From a virus (lineage: Duplodnaviria > Caudoviricetes), in IMG/VR virus record IMGVR_UViG_3300022178_003667, positions 1 through 38,734 of that record: 38,734 nucleotides of DNA; one strand, 5' to 3'. The position numbers were made by a program, and so were the translations under genes. Position 1 is the stretch's first letter, and each line of letters begins with the position of its first letter. This document shows positions 9,429-17,650 of this stretch, one piece after another. The notes under the pieces are model-generated. The model did no database searches. It had not been told where the DNA came from and worked only from the letters and a program-made list of their open reading frames with translations.

Positions 9429-9528
9429 AACGTGATATGAAGGTTGGTAATGTGTAATACTCCAATTAAGTGATTTCAACGTAAAACGAAGGTTGGGGAT
9501 AGGTAATACTCCAATTAAGTGATTTCAA
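9429..9528 (+). repeat. Tandem duplication, 49-bp period
   Basis: Perfect 26-bp GTAATACTCCAATTAAGTGATTTCAA at 9454 and 9503; the preceding parts share AACGT and GAAGGTTGG. Confidence 0.9.
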
Positions 9529-9761
9529 GAATATACCACATACTTTTTGTGTGGTTGTTTTAGAATGGAGATATGCACCCTCCTGTCTTTAAATAATGAT
9601 ATATTTGCCTAATCTAGTTATAGATTTATTAGTTTGAATACTATCTGGGTGCAACGAAAGACAAAGGTATGATAGTGCAATGCTAATGACGGCATTTATC
9701 TGAGCCAAGTATATTGCTATACAAGTTTGGTAGGTTAAAGAGAACTACTGCTCTGTACATT

Positions 9762-9787
9762 AAGATAACTAAATAAGTTTATATTGT
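9762..9787 (-). promoter_or_regulatory. Phage late-promoter motif facing an ORF-poor region
   Basis: Minus strand ACAATATAAACTTATTTAGTTATCTT. Confidence 0.6.
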
Positions 9788-9798
9788 TTGGTGGTTAT

Positions 9799-9829
9799 AC
9801 CCTACTATAGATAAATAATATAGTAGGGT
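9799..9829. terminator. Hairpin ending the minus-strand operon
   Basis: Perfect 11-bp stem ACCCTACTATA/TATAGTAGGGT. Confidence 0.55.
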
Positions 9830-9970
9830 TGTTTACTATAGATTTTCTTTATACTTACTAAATAACTCATAATTCCTTATCTTCTTCGTTTAATTCACAA
9901 TCACAATTACTACAACAGAATACCCAATCAGTATCATAATGTTCATGTTGTTTCTCACAATACATTACAC

Positions 9971-10129
9971 TCATAATTCTTTATACTTATTAGCCATACT
10001 TACATAATGGTAATCATTCTTACTTAGTTTAAGTTCTAATAAGTCTTTCTTAGCTTCTTTTCTCTTCTTACTTATTGGCAGCTTGTCTATTAACTGTTGA
10101 AGCCTTTGTATTAGTTTCTTTTTACTCAT
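9971..10129 (-). CDS. Small basic hypothetical protein (52 aa)
   Basis: Manual translation MSKKKLIQRLQQLIDKLP... Confidence 0.55.
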   Translation of the reverse strand: MSKKKLIQRLQQLIDKLPISKKRKEAKKDLLELKLSKNDYHYVSMANKYKEL

Positions 10130-10284
10130 TACTTTTTATCTTTATTTATTACACGCTATTAAAGTTAGCTTTTTCTTAATACTAACGTATTCACTAAGCT
10201 CTTCTTGTCTTTCGGTACTTAATGAACCGTATTCTTCCTTTATGAATCTAAGGTTTCTTATTTTTTCGTCTAAATTTGGTGTAT

Positions 10285-10563
10285 TCATTGTCTGTTTATT
10301 TTTACTGATTCGAGTCTTTTACCCGTAAGACCAAAATACAAATCGTTTAATTGGTATTCGTAATCAACGATAAAGCCTAGCATTATAGACTTTTCTTCTT
10401 TTGTTTTAGGGCAAATACTTATTATAGAAGCCATAAAAGGAGTTCCCCAACTCATTATCTCTAATTGGTTAAACATACCTACATCTATCGTGTAGCTTCT
10501 CCCCTTAAAAGAAAAATCATTAAGTGTGTTTTTTGTTGTTCTTTTTTCTTTATCTATACTCAT
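10285..10563 (-). CDS. Hypothetical protein with QLxxLYFxLTG motif
   Basis: ATG 10563 in TAATG overlap; C-terminal motif shared with its neighbour. Confidence 0.6.
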   Translation of the reverse strand: MSIDKEKRTTKNTLNDFSFKGRSYTIDVGMFNQLEIMSWGTPFMASIISICPKTKEEKSIMLGFIVDYEYQLNDLYFGLTGKRLESVKINRQ

Positions 10564-10934
10564 TACTTTATAATTTTTAATTCTTTCCCTGTTAAAGCGA
10601 AATATAAGTTTTGTAACTGATGCACATACTTCAGTTCGCATAAAGTAACACCATCAACTTCCACGTACCAAACACCCTTTAATTCATATATTTCAAAATA
10701 TTCAAAATCTATATAATTACTGTAAAGTGATTTAACAGCACCAAGTTTTAGCGACCATTCTTCTGTTAATGGTATAGGCTTTAGTTCTTTTACAACATCG
10801 CTATCTTTTCTGCTAGTTATAGATTTAGGACTACTTAGTAAGTGATAACCTACATCAGCAATAATATCTGTAACTAATTCATCATTGCAAATGTGATTAA
10901 CATAATTACCTATTCTTAACTCTTGTGTTTTCAT
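10563..10934 (-). CDS. Hypothetical phage protein (ELRIGN...PIPLTEEW...HQLQNLYFALTG family)
   Basis: Motif set I recognise from Bacteroidota phage proteins. Confidence 0.75.
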   Translation of the reverse strand: MKTQELRIGNYVNHICNDELVTDIIADVGYHLLSSPKSITSRKDSDVVKELKPIPLTEEWSLKLGAVKSLYSNYIDFEYFEIYELKGVWYVEVDGVTLCELKYVHQLQNLYFALTGKELKIIK

Positions 10935-11083
10935 AGCCCTACGTTTATACCGTTATCAAATACTTCTATCATGTGTCTTACAACACTTCTTTCTAATTCT
11001 CCAAAATAATCTACTCCATTGAAGAATATTTTATAATAGTCTTTCTTTTCTGTCGGTCTTAATTCAAAATTGTGCATATCTAT

Positions 11084-11509
11084 TTATTTAGTTTGTGTTA
11101 ATAATTCGTGTATTTCTTCTATAGGTTTACTTAATATAAGTTTATAAAGGCTTATAGCAAACTCTTCTCTAACACCCTCTTTAAAAGCTACTGTAGTGCT
11201 AGGTTTAGATTCTTCTACAGCAGTTCTTATACTTAGGTAATCCTCCATATCTCTTTGATAGTATTTTATTGAGTCTTCTGTGCTATTTATCGCATGGATT
11301 ACTGTAGCGTGAGTTACATCAAACAACTTACCTATAGCATCTAAGGTTGCTTTAGGTATTAACTTAGATATAATATAACAAGCCATCATTCTTGGGTGGC
11401 TAACGCTACGCTTTCTAGTCTTTACTTGGCAGTCTGTATCGAAATATAGATTGACCTGTTTTATTACCTCGTTTGCTATTTCTAGTTCTTCTGGTTTCAT
11501 TCTCCTCAT
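11084..11509 (-). CDS. DnaA C-terminal-like HTH DNA-binding protein
   Basis: TRKRSVSHPRMMACY...IGKLFDVTHATVIHA matches the Bac_DnaA_C pattern. Confidence 0.75.
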   Translation of the reverse strand: MRRMKPEELEIANEVIKQVNLYFDTDCQVKTRKRSVSHPRMMACYIISKLIPKATLDAIGKLFDVTHATVIHAINSTEDSIKYYQRDMEDYLSIRTAVEESKPSTTVAFKEGVREEFAISLYKLILSKPIEEIHELLTQTK

Positions 11510-11817
11510 TGTTATTGTTTATTTCGCAGAAACAACCTCCTATGTCTTTATGACAATCACAGATTCTTTGCTGCATATTAATCTTCTTTATCTTTATTAC
11601 CACCATCTAAAGCGGTTATTCTCATATTTAAATCTACCATCGCCATATACAACTTAGTTAAGGTAGTTTCTAAAACTTTAATTCTTTCTAATTGTGTTAG
11701 TTTCTTTTGTTTCATATTTCTAATTTACTATTAAACTTATACCGTAGCATAAAGATACTACTATTACTTGGATTAATATAGCTACTACTGCAAATATTAA
11801 CATTTTCTTTAAATCTC

Positions 11818-12069
11818 TCATTTTAATTTCATTAATTGTTTAAATAATTCCCTATCCTTTACTAAGTTGCTCTTTATAAATTTCTCTATTAAGTAAAATT
11901 CCTCAAAGAAAGCACTTAGTGTGTATTCCGTTAATGATTCTGTTAAATCTATCTTATTTATGATATGCTTTACGAAAAAGAAGTTGTTGTCATCATCTTT
12001 CTGCATATAGATAGTTATAATCTTGTTTTTATCCTCAAATGAGGTTAGGTCTTCTGCTCTTTCATTCAT
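11818..12069 (-). CDS. Hypothetical protein
   Basis: ORF track; operon packing. Confidence 0.6.
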   Translation of the reverse strand: MNERAEDLTSFEDKNKIITIYMQKDDDNNFFFVKHIINKIDLTESLTEYTLSAFFEEFYLIEKFIKSNLVKDRELFKQLMKLK

Positions 12070-12071
12070 AG

Positions 12072-12908
12072 CTAAAAAGTGTAAACATCATCTAAGTCTA
12101 TTATCTCTGGTAATCCAATCTCATTCAACCTAAAACTGAAATCTTCAAATGGTGTATTTCTACTTCTCTTACACTTCACAGTTATCCATCCTTTATTAGT
12201 TGTGTTTCTTTCTAACTGTATTTGCGTTTCAGCTTTCTTCTCCAAGAAGCTACCTAAGTGTCCTGTAGGTTTATCAGAACCAAAATTGCTATGTATTACT
12301 GTTATAATATGGCAATCAAACCTAACAGACCAAGCCATTACCTTTTGAACAATTAAGTTAGACTCTTCTAAGTTATTAGCATCAGAAACTAAGTCAGCAA
12401 TACCGTCTAAAATAAGTAAACCTATCTTTTTACCTTCTGATTGCAACTTTACCATATAATACTCTATAAAATCTATCCTCTTTTTATAGCTCTCTCTCCT
12501 TAAAGCAAATGTATGGTATGGAGAGGTGTCATATCCGTAATTCATATCAGAAATACGTCTAAATACCCTCTGAGAGTGCCAATCACCTTGTTCTGTATCT
12601 ATATGCACTATCTCTCTACCATCTCTAAAACCTCTTAATTTACCACCAAACTTGTTCTTATCAGACAAATAAACACTATTTAAAAGAGATACAAAGTATG
12701 TTTTCATTGTTTTTGGAGGAGCTTGTACAAAGCTAAAGTTACCATAAGTACCTATCGGTGTAGGGTATGTCTTTTCTTCTCCATTATTCAATATTATTGT
12801 ATGCTCTTTATAAGATATCGCTACTGGTGGGTGTTCTATTGTTTTTGTTATGTCAATAAAGCATGATTCTTCAATCATCTCCATCTCCATCTTTTGTTCT
12901 TCCGTCAT
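12072..12908 (-). CDS. RecA-fold AAA ATPase / replicative helicase-like protein (AAA_25 type)
   Basis: Walker A variant APPKTMKT, HIDTEQG, LDGIAD, GHLGSFLEKKAE. Confidence 0.75.
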   Translation of the reverse strand: MTEEQKMEMEMIEESCFIDITKTIEHPPVAISYKEHTIILNNGEEKTYPTPIGTYGNFSFVQAPPKTMKTYFVSLLNSVYLSDKNKFGGKLRGFRDGREIVHIDTEQGDWHSQRVFRRISDMNYGYDTSPYHTFALRRESYKKRIDFIEYYMVKLQSEGKKIGLLILDGIADLVSDANNLEESNLIVQKVMAWSVRFDCHIITVIHSNFGSDKPTGHLGSFLEKKAETQIQLERNTTNKGWITVKCKRSRNTPFEDFSFRLNEIGLPEIIDLDDVYTF

Positions 12909-12923
12909 TTAATAGGTGTTTTA

Positions 12924-12951
12924 AGGGAGGTAATATCTAATACACCTCCCT
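12924..12951. terminator. Hairpin after SSB
   Basis: AAGGGAGGT/ACCTCCCTT stem. Confidence 0.45.
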
Positions 12952-12970
12952 TATTAGTAAAAAGGTTTGC

Positions 12971-13267
12971 TTAGAAAGGTAAATCATCCTCCTCTACAGG
13001 AGCAACAGTTTTAGCTTCTTCTTCTCTTTCAGCTAAAACAATTTTACCATCAGTCCAAACTACTTTTCCATTACCTAAGTAACTTTTTGTCTTCTTCGCT
13101 TCTCTTTCCTCTTTTGTTTGAGAATCGAAAGCAGATACGTTGTTACCAAATCTAGTATCATCGTTTATAGATAGTGTAAGATTGTAATAAGTTCCTTTTT
13201 TACCTTTGATAAACTTCTCTCTTGGTAGTTTATCAATGTCAATACTTAAATTAATTAATGCTCCCAT
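12971..13267 (-). CDS. Single-stranded DNA-binding protein
   Basis: Acidic C-terminal tail EEDDLPF; lies near ERF. Confidence 0.7.
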   Translation of the reverse strand: MGALINLSIDIDKLPREKFIKGKKGTYYNLTLSINDDTRFGNNVSAFDSQTKEEREAKKTKSYLGNGKVVWTDGKIVLAEREEEAKTVAPVEEDDLPF

Positions 13268-13278
13268 AATTTTACTTT

Positions 13279-14064
13279 TTATTTATTTAATTTTTGTTTA
13301 TTATACTTAATTTTAATACTTTTTACTTGAGGGTTTCCTTTAATAAAGTATTCGTAGGCTCTCTCAATGTATTTCTGCTTATCACCTAACGACAATCTTT
13401 CCTCTCCTGTGTAACATTTAAACAACTTTTTGTAAACATAATCTGTTGCTGATTTAGGTTTTCTGGTTGTACCTGTTAAACTGTTTAAGAATGTGATTGT
13501 GTCTTGATTGATGCCGTATTTGTGTAAATAGAACACTATCATTGTATCTGTTAAAACCCTTGCAACTTGCAACGAACTTATTTCTTGTGCTTCATGAACT
13601 AACTCATATAAATAGTTTTTATATTTATTAGCATATTCGAATATGGATGAGTTACTTATGTTAATACTATGCGAATTAATTTCTGATAATTTTTCATATA
13701 AAATAGCTTTTACAGAACTCGCTATTAAAGCTGAGTATTTAAATCCTTCTAAATGTAACACATCAGAGGCAGACCTGTTTTTCCCTGTGTCTATTGTGTC
13801 CATTACATTAGATTCAACACCACTTATTACAGGTACTTTATATGAGAAATCAGATTCTACAACCGCCAATAATCGATGCTGTCCATCTTTTATAACTCCA
13901 TTTACATCTATAATGATTGGCTCTCCATTTTCTTTCCATTTACCGCTAATCATTTGCTGTTTGTAAAATAATAATGTTGCTTTTTTAACTTTTCTGTTTT
14001 GATTGTTTCTTGTTAGATAATCTCTAGCAAGTTCTTTTGTCATTGTAACTATTGTTGCTTTCAT
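13279..14064 (-). CDS. ParB-like N-terminal-domain protein
   Basis: NR...GKW...DGQHRL...IDTGKNR pattern. Confidence 0.65.
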   Translation of the reverse strand: MKATIVTMTKELARDYLTRNNQNRKVKKATLLFYKQQMISGKWKENGEPIIIDVNGVIKDGQHRLLAVVESDFSYKVPVISGVESNVMDTIDTGKNRSASDVLHLEGFKYSALIASSVKAILYEKLSEINSHSINISNSSIFEYANKYKNYLYELVHEAQEISSLQVARVLTDTMIVFYLHKYGINQDTITFLNSLTGTTRKPKSATDYVYKKLFKCYTGEERLSLGDKQKYIERAYEYFIKGNPQVKSIKIKYNKQKLNK

Positions 14065-14076
14065 AATCTTAGGTTT

Positions 14077-14652
14077 TTATTTATTTACTGTTAATTTTAA
14101 TGTTGTTTCTATTTGTGGTGATACCGTAAACTTATTCTTTAGGCTTTTTATAACCTTATCGAAATCAGTACCCTTTTCTAAGTAAGATACTGCTGTCTTA
14201 AACTCCTTACTACCTAACTTTAGTATAGGTAATGTTATAGACTTCTTGCTAGAATCGTTCATAGCATCAGAATCTTTAGTGTCGTCTATAAGCAGAAGGT
14301 TTCCTAAAGCATACTTCTTAGCGTACGAAGAAGCAGAGCCAGTTCTTTGAGGGTTTTGCATACCTTTAGCATCAAAGTCTATAATAGCTTGTGCTTTAGA
14401 GGATATAGAGCTTTCCCTATCCACTTCTTCTAAATCTATAATTTTAGCCTCTGAGTCAACAAATATTCTACTTGCTAACTCTTTTAATTCGTCAGTAATC
14501 TTAAATAGTACCGAGTACTTCTCTTCAAAAGGCTTCAAGGCTTCCAATATATCCTCTGCGCTTCTGTACTTGTAATTACCAAAACTATTCTTTTGGTCTT
14601 TACTTACTTTTAATTCTAACTGAATCTTTTGTAATTTCTCTAAAATTGTCAT
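14077..14652 (-). CDS. ERF-family ssDNA-annealing recombinase
   Basis: NSFGNYKYRSAEDILEALKP and TGSASSYAKKYAL...DDTKDSD. Confidence 0.88.
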   Translation of the reverse strand: MTILEKLQKIQLELKVSKDQKNSFGNYKYRSAEDILEALKPFEEKYSVLFKITDELKELASRIFVDSEAKIIDLEEVDRESSISSKAQAIIDFDAKGMQNPQRTGSASSYAKKYALGNLLLIDDTKDSDAMNDSSKKSITLPILKLGSKEFKTAVSYLEKGTDFDKVIKSLKNKFTVSPQIETTLKLTVNK

Positions 14653-14654
14653 AA

Positions 14655-14855
14655 TTAATCTGTTTTTAATAATTCATTTCTAATCACTTTTTTATAATCT
14701 TTAGGACACTTGTCATCTGTTAATTCAAATATCCAAGTTTCTAAAATACTTATACGTTTATCTTTCTCGTTTATAGATAGTGTTAAAGCCTCTATTTGAG
14801 CATTTTTAAAGTCTATTAAATCTTTCATTTGTTTTAAATTTTGTGCAATATACAA
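14655..14855 (-). CDS. Hypothetical coiled-coil protein
   Basis: ORF track; start uncertain. Confidence 0.55.
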   Translation of the reverse strand: MYIAQNLKQMKDLIDFKNAQIEALTLSINEKDKRISILETWIFELTDDKCPKDYKKVIRNELLKTD

Positions 14856-14866
14856 CTTTATTTTGA

Positions 14867-15160
14867 TTATCTACCATAAATATCTAAAAAATCTTGCGTA
14901 TCTATTAAATCTGCAATAGACCTGCTTCTTTCGTTGTAAATGTCCGAGAAGTATTCGTATAAGGTATCTATAGTTTCATTAACTAGAGGCACATCCTCTC
15001 CTGTCTTTTTGTTGTAAACTAAAATACTAAACAACCCTTCCCATGCTACAAATTCTATCTCATAGCAATATTTCTTAACCTCCTTTACTATAGTTAGGCT
15101 AAAGTCGTCTATTTCGTAATCCAAAGAGGTTACTACGTCTATTATTTCTTGTTGGCTCAT
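14867..15160 (-). CDS. Hypothetical protein
   Basis: ATGA-coupled ORF. Confidence 0.65.
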   Translation of the reverse strand: MSQQEIIDVVTSLDYEIDDFSLTIVKEVKKYCYEIEFVAWEGLFSILVYNKKTGEDVPLVNETIDTLYEYFSDIYNERSRSIADLIDTQDFLDIYGR

Positions 15161-15363
15161 GCTTTCTCTATTTTTTTAAATCTAATCATTAATTCGTATC
15201 TTGTAAAATTCCTTCTCACACCATCTTCCCTTAAAAGAGTGTCTGTTGTGTCTAGTGCTTTATATCCATTACACTTACTCGTCCTTATTTCGTAAATCTT
15301 GTTAGTCTCTAAGCATTTAAACTTAGAATACCTTATACTATTGTTTTCATCTATTAAAGTCAT
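15157..15363 (-). CDS. Hypothetical protein
   Basis: ATGA-coupled ORF. Confidence 0.6.
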   Translation of the reverse strand: MTLIDENNSIRYSKFKCLETNKIYEIRTSKCNGYKALDTTDTLLREDGVRRNFTRYELMIRFKKIEKA

Positions 15364-15818
15364 TTAAAATACATTATTTCTGGTTTTTTTATGTAATTAT
15401 CTGTATCAAAATATATCCATTCATCGCTAAAATGTATTCTTTGTATTCCGTACTGGATTAACCCTCTAATAAACCTAAATCTCTTAGTTCTGCATAAGCA
15501 TTTAAACTTTATCGCCTTACCAACCCTATGAGCTGAGTTACTAGCTAAAGGAACTCTATCTGCGTATGTTTTAGATGTGTAACCCATATAAATATAACCA
15601 GTTAAACGCTCTCTTTTGAAAACTTCATCAAGTATATGCACAGGCTCACTTTCCATAAAGTATTTACCACTACCTAATTTATCAGGAGAGTCAAACATAG
15701 ACCACTTTAGCACAGATAAACCTTCTTCATCCATTTCCTTGGTATAGGTGTCTGTGTAGGTCACATTATGATACTTAAAATCATCTCCCTTTACTATATT
15801 GTATTTTCTTTTCTTCAT
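15360..15818 (-). CDS. Peptidase M15-like protein, catalytically degenerate
   Basis: FDSPD..GSG...M...LD scaffold and NSAH..G.A retained; the expected Zn-ligand D and H read K and Y. Confidence 0.6.
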   Translation of the reverse strand: MKKRKYNIVKGDDFKYHNVTYTDTYTKEMDEEGLSVLKWSMFDSPDKLGSGKYFMESEPVHILDEVFKRERLTGYIYMGYTSKTYADRVPLASNSAHRVGKAIKFKCLCRTKRFRFIRGLIQYGIQRIHFSDEWIYFDTDNYIKKPEIMYFK

Positions 15819-15844
15819 AATTTATATACAAGCATTAAAACGCT

Positions 15845-15896
15845 TGTTAACAGTCGATAAAACCCATAAAAAACGGTTTTTATCTTAGTGTTAGTA
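15845..15896. repeat. attC-like site A (compact, 52 bp)
   Basis: TGTTAAC-AGTC-GATAAAACC...GGTTTTTATC-TTAGT-GTTAGTA, one extra base in the right arm. Confidence 0.65.
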
Positions 15897-15906
15897 GCAA
15901 TAAAAA

Positions 15907-16116
15907 TTACTTCCATAGTTCATTATTTAGATGCTCTAACCTATAAATGTAGTCGTTCTCGTTTTGTCTTAATTTACCAAGTTTATTAATCATACTATCA
16001 AGGTATTTTTCTGTTTTGCTAATTTCGTCTTGTAGTTGTACTTGGTCAAGCCTGTTATCTTCCAAGCCTTTAGTTTTTAGTTTTATTTGTTTCTCTATTT
16101 GCTTTTTTAAGTCCAT
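15907..16116 (-). CDS. Cassette cargo, coiled-coil hypothetical protein
   Basis: Fills the A-B cassette. Confidence 0.7.
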   Translation of the reverse strand: MDLKKQIEKQIKLKTKGLEDNRLDQVQLQDEISKTEKYLDSMINKLGKLRQNENDYIYRLEHLNNELWK

Positions 16117-16135
16117 TTAACGTAATTTTAAAAGC

Positions 16136-16261
16136 AACTAACAACGTGTATAAAAAATAGCTGTTAAGTGCTTTGGTTAATGTTATTTTATTTTACTCTT
16201 TTACTAATTCAATTTTTAAGTGTGTTAAAACGCTACATTTCATACACAAGTACCGTTATGC
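16136..16261. repeat. attC-like site B
   Basis: AACTAAC-AAC-GTGTATAAAAAATAGC...GCTACATTTCATACAC-AAGTACC-GTTATGC. Confidence 0.8.
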
Positions 16262-16265
16262 ACAA

Positions 16266-16529
16266 TTATTGGCTTTCCATAAATTCTTTTATTTCGTCTA
16301 TTAACCAACCTTTAGATTTAAACCAATGTTGTTTATACATATGCTTAGTAAACGCCAATAACAGTTCACGTTGTTGCATAACATCGCATATAAGTAATTT
16401 ATTTAACTTACTTTCAGCATCCATAAACTCTTGTTCGCAATCATCTAAGCAAGGTAATAAATCACCGTCTATTTGGTTATTTTCTACTAAATCCCAACTT
16501 TTATCTATTAATTCTCTAATTGTTTTCAT
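16266..16529 (-). CDS. Hypothetical protein starting in the loop of site C and reading through its arm (LLICDV|MQQ)
   Basis: ORF track plus site coordinates. Confidence 0.7.
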   Translation of the reverse strand: MKTIRELIDKSWDLVENNQIDGDLLPCLDDCEQEFMDAESKLNKLLICDVMQQRELLLAFTKHMYKQHWFKSKGWLIDEIKEFMESQ

Positions 16530-16583
16530 TTCTTGTTTTTTTTAATCGTTAAATAAACTACTCATATACGTAATACGTTGGCA
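16376..16583. repeat. attC-like site C (long loop)
   Basis: GCATAAC-ATC-GCATATAAGTA...TACTCATATAC-GTAATAC-GTTGGCA. Confidence 0.75.
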
Positions 16584-16628
16584 ACAATAAAATAAAAAAA
16601 AGGGCGCTCACTGTTGCAGTTGTACGTG

Positions 16629-17378
16629 TTAAAAAAGGCTTTGTTGGTTATTTTTGTAATTTGTCACTAATATTTCAGTTCTTTTGTTTTTAAGGTTTTG
16701 TCTTTCACCTATATAAACGATATTCAATCCTCTTTTTTGTGCTTGTTCAATAATAAATGGGTGGTCAAACTCACTAACTGCAAATTTATGTTTAGTGCTT
16801 TCAAGGCAATTAAAAAGACTTTCACTTTGTTCTTCAGTAAAACTACTAGAGTAATTATCAGCAGTTCCTAAATATGGTGGGTCACAGTAAATAAAACAAT
16901 TACCTCTAAACTCAATACCTTTCAAAAACTTTTCAAAGTCCATATTTGCAAACTGAACATCTTTTATAAATTCAAAAGTTTTATCTAAATATTTATAGAC
17001 ATTTAACTTATCATTTCTTGCTCCTAACCTCATTGTACTTCCTCTACCATTTAAAACAAAATTAGATAATGCTAAAAACCTTAACGCTTTTTTTACAGGA
17101 GTATCTTCTTCATTTTTTAACCAATATTTTATTAAGTCAGAATGTAAAGGCATTATTTCAAATTGTCTTTCTAATTCGTCTTTTTGGTTACTTACAACTT
17201 GAAACAAATTAAACACATCAGAGTCTAAATCATTAACAATATTATAATTAACTTTTGGTTTATTAAAGAACATACCTCCTGCACCAAAAAACGGCTCAAC
17301 ATACATATTATGTGCAGGAAAATAACTTTGTATATGTTCAGCTAACTTCTTTTTATTTCCTAATCTTCTTAAAATCAT
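16629..17378 (-). CDS. Dam-like (D12 class) N6-adenine DNA methyltransferase, cassette cargo
   Basis: GNKKKL, EPFFGAGG, VNDLD, YCDPPY. Confidence 0.9.
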   Translation of the reverse strand: MILRRLGNKKKLAEHIQSYFPAHNMYVEPFFGAGGMFFNKPKVNYNIVNDLDSDVFNLFQVVSNQKDELERQFEIMPLHSDLIKYWLKNEEDTPVKKALRFLALSNFVLNGRGSTMRLGARNDKLNVYKYLDKTFEFIKDVQFANMDFEKFLKGIEFRGNCFIYCDPPYLGTADNYSSSFTEEQSESLFNCLESTKHKFAVSEFDHPFIIEQAQKRGLNIVYIGERQNLKNKRTEILVTNYKNNQQSLF

Positions 17379-17430
17379 TACGTGTTATTTGGTTTTTATC
17401 AAAACCACGCCCTTTTTTTTATTTTACAGT

Positions 17431-17563
17431 AGCCAACACTGTATAAAGTTAATAGCTACTTTTAGCGTGTTTAAGATGTTATTTAATTAATTCAATACTC
17501 TTTGTTTATTTATTAAAGTTAGTGTTTTAAATACGCTACTAACCTTATACGATTCCGTTAGAG
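17431..17563. repeat. attC-like site D
   Basis: AGCCAAC-ACT-GTATAAAGTTAATAGC...GCTACTAACCTTATAC-GATTCC-GTTAGAG. Confidence 0.8.
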
Positions 17564-17566
17564 TAG

Positions 17567-17597
17567 CAAAGATATACTAATTTTTCATAAAAACAAA
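17567..17597 (-). promoter_or_regulatory. Host-type promoter facing array 1 and the replication operon (Pc-like position)
   Basis: Minus strand TTTG-N19-TATCTTTG, 4 nt from site D. Confidence 0.7.
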
Positions 17598-17606
17598 TTA
17601 ATTAAC

Positions 17607-17632
17607 ACAAAAAAAATAAAATAAGTTATCTT
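17607..17632 (+). promoter_or_regulatory. Phage late-promoter motif
   Basis: ACAA-N14-GTTATCTT before the tail operon. Confidence 0.7.
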
Positions 17633-17650
17633 TTTATACAAAAATACAAT

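Larger units (their letters stand above)
15845..17563. mobile_element. Integron-like cassette array 1 (sites A-D, 3 cassettes)
   Basis: Four AAC...GTT palindromic sites alternate with cargo whose two ends are mutually complementary. Confidence 0.75.

Noticed and set aside
9454-9528. Mini-CRISPR (26-bp repeat, 23-bp spacer, repeat)
   Set aside because: Only two copies, the intervening sequence is itself duplicated upstream (AACGT, GAAGGTTGG), and no cas genes are present; it is a tandem duplication.
9574-9670. Hammerhead ribozyme (CGAAAGACA/TGTCT resembles stem III)
   Set aside because: No CUGANGA core at the required position.
16577-17437. IS/MITE reading of the 30-bp terminal inverted repeats around the Dam-like gene
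   Set aside because: No transposase or target-site duplication; the ends coincide with the GTT/AAC boxes shared by all sites.
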